A stretch of 64,000 bases of DNA from Azolla caroliniana. Lineage: Eukaryota; Plantae; Polypodiophyta. Below, piece by piece: positions 62,103-64,000 of this stretch. Where the stretch lies: the NCBI GenBank assembly GCA_043228905.1, contig JBHGNT010000011.1, positions 4,588,001 through 4,652,000 of the forward strand, in the 5' to 3' direction. The translations under genes and the position numbers were made by a program. Within the stretch, counting starts at the first letter, position 1. Every line of letters starts with the position of its first letter. A model generated the notes under the pieces. That model did not search any database and was not told the DNA's origin. It was given only the letters and a program-made list of their open reading frames with translations.

Positions 62103-64000
62103 ATGGTACTGTCGGAGGAGGCACGCCAATGGATGAGGGAGAACGGGTTAAAAGGATTGTTGCGGATCGCCGACGCTCCACCACACGCAGAACCAGAGCA
62201 GGCGGCAGCATCGATCAATTTATCAGAAATCACGAAAGGAGCGGTGCAGGCGCTCATGGGGATAAAAGCAGGAGGGCTTCAAACAATCGAAAACCCTTCA
62301 AGTGAAATCCTGTTCGGAGTATTCTATCAGCAGCAAGGCGTACCGAACACAGGGCGGAGAGAACCTGCTGTTCGGAGAAGTGGCCCACGCCATGATGGAA
62401 TACGGATTCGTGAATCCTCGTCCCCCGGCCATAGCCAGGTACCAGGCAGCGTTCTTAATAGCAGCATACGAAGGATTACAAGTAGACTAGCTCCATTTCA
62501 TAATCGAAGGATTGAAGGAGGCCATCAAGAATCTTGTGGAAGGAAAAAAGCCATGGGCCGGGATAGCACAATGGCTAACGGTGTTAGTCCCACCGGTGCT
62601 CCCCATCACACAAAAGAAAAGAGGTCGGCAAGAGACGACGCCGAGAAAGGTCACAAAGCGCCGACAGATCCTGGAGAAACACACCCCTGGATGGACCCAG
62701 CAAGAAGCAGAACAGCGGGGGGAAGGACCATCCCGACAGCAACAGGAACCGGCAACAAAGGCAAAACCAGCAGGAAAAGGCAAAGGGAAATCGGCCGAGG
62801 AGGAACCGGTAGCGCGCAAACCAATCCATATAACGCTGTGACGGCCGGAACCGGAACCAGAGGTCTTTATACAAAAGGTCCGTCTGGTAGCCGCACCAGA
62901 GGAGGAAGCTGAAACAGAAGACTCATCCGAACCACTGGTAAGACTCCCAGCAAGACAAGGTCGGGAGAGATGGGCGAAAGGACTGGCTCCACCAGTTGAC
63001 AAAACTCAGCAGAGGGCGCAAGGACCACCTCTAGTAGCCGAGGCGGAAGCAGTACCGGAACCCGTACCGAGGGAAGCAGCACCGACACCGGTTGTGCCGG
63101 ACTTCAGAGAATCGGTCATCCCAGAGAAGAAGAATGAACAAGCGCCGGAGCCAGAGAAAAGGCCGGAAAAACAGCCTGCGTTAAGTGAGCAAGGCCACCC
63201 CGACACAAGAAGAACAAAGCCACAATGGCTGAGATGGCTTTCGGAGCAGTTATCGGAAGTAGCGAACCAGTTAGAGAAAGAAGAAACGTGTAGGCAACAG
63301 CTGACGCATACAACAACTCAGGAGTTGGCCGCGCTCCGAACACAGATCGAGGAAATGCAAGGGGAGCTGTTGCAGGCAAGGGAAGGAATTCAACAAGCAC
63401 AAGTTGTCACCGAGCCGGTCGGGACAACAAGGAAGCAACCAGAACCGGTAGCCTTGCAAACCGGCCCTGAGACCGAAAAAATAATAGAAACCTTACGAGA
63501 GGAGTTAAAAGCTCAGGAGGCATTAAGGGAAAGAGAAAGGGAGCAGCGGAAAGCGGTGGAGGACGACAGACGAAAAATGGAAGAAGGCCTCCGGAAAGGT
63601 CGAGCCACTAATGACCGACTGCAAGAAGAAAAAGAGAAGCTGCAAAAGGAGAAGGACCGACTGCGTCGACATGCCGAGCAGGAGATAGAACGACTGCAGG
63701 AAGAACTCCGACAACAGAAGGACCGGGACGATCAGTTAAGAGCTCAGGCAAACCGACGCCTGAAGCAGAAGACGGAGGACTTCGACCGTCTCTACCGAGA
63801 TCACAAGCAGGCCGAGTCGGACAACAAGAAACGGGCAGCAGACTATGACCGGCAAATAGAGAAGCTGAAAGAACAGCTCAAAGAGACCCGATTAGACCTA
63901 GCTAAGGCAATAGATGAGGTCAGTGCCAACAAGGAAGCATTGTCGGCGGAAATAGCCCAAGCAACGGAGAGAAGGAAGGAATTAGAGGCGCTAAGGCAGG
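62103..64000 (+). pseudogene. Additional sense ORF of Gypsy G (globular N-terminus, P/E-rich linker, long coiled coil)
   Basis: ATG 62103; one frameshift before ~62300; then one frame with isolated stops (62488, 62839, ~63290) open to the window end with E/K/R/Q heptads. Confidence 0.75.

Larger units (their letters stand above)
55295..64000 (+). mobile_element. Non-chromovirus Ty3/Gypsy element G (Athila/Phygy/Selgy-like), runs off the window
   Basis: 5' LTR 55295-55685 (TGTT..AACA); PBS TGGCGACCAC at 55692; gag-PR-RT-RH-INT order; no chromodomain or second RNase H seen. Confidence 0.93.

Overview
Almost the whole window is a deeply nested plant retrotransposon cluster. No host gene, intact RNA gene or CRISPR array was recognised; element types suggest a large-genome, possibly non-flowering land plant (low confidence). 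It holds three young full-length Ty1/Copia elements of one clade (20481-25848 with three nonsense codons; 39160-44483 with an intact ORF; 44490-49818 open but with a 96-bp integrase deletion), a fourth 5' part (53064-55294), and several older Copia copies. It also holds two related non-chromovirus Ty3/Gypsy elements carrying an extra coiled-coil ORF downstream of pol (~18680-28577 and 55295 to window end), a gag-protease-only Gypsy derivative, a chromovirus-like pol fragment, two LINEs and solo/partial LTRs. Most notable: (i) a TGTCGTG...ACGACA-ended family with 4-bp (A/C)CGC target duplications, seen as an 86-bp hairpin-ended mini-element, a solo LTR and the two ends of a 26.5-kb block that splits one Copia; (ii) two different Copia elements integrated 1 bp apart; (iii) a gag-domain swap between Copia subfamilies; (iv) strong CCGG enrichment in the young elements; (v) a duplicated PPT with a Pol C-terminal extension. 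All coordinates and comparisons were read by eye.
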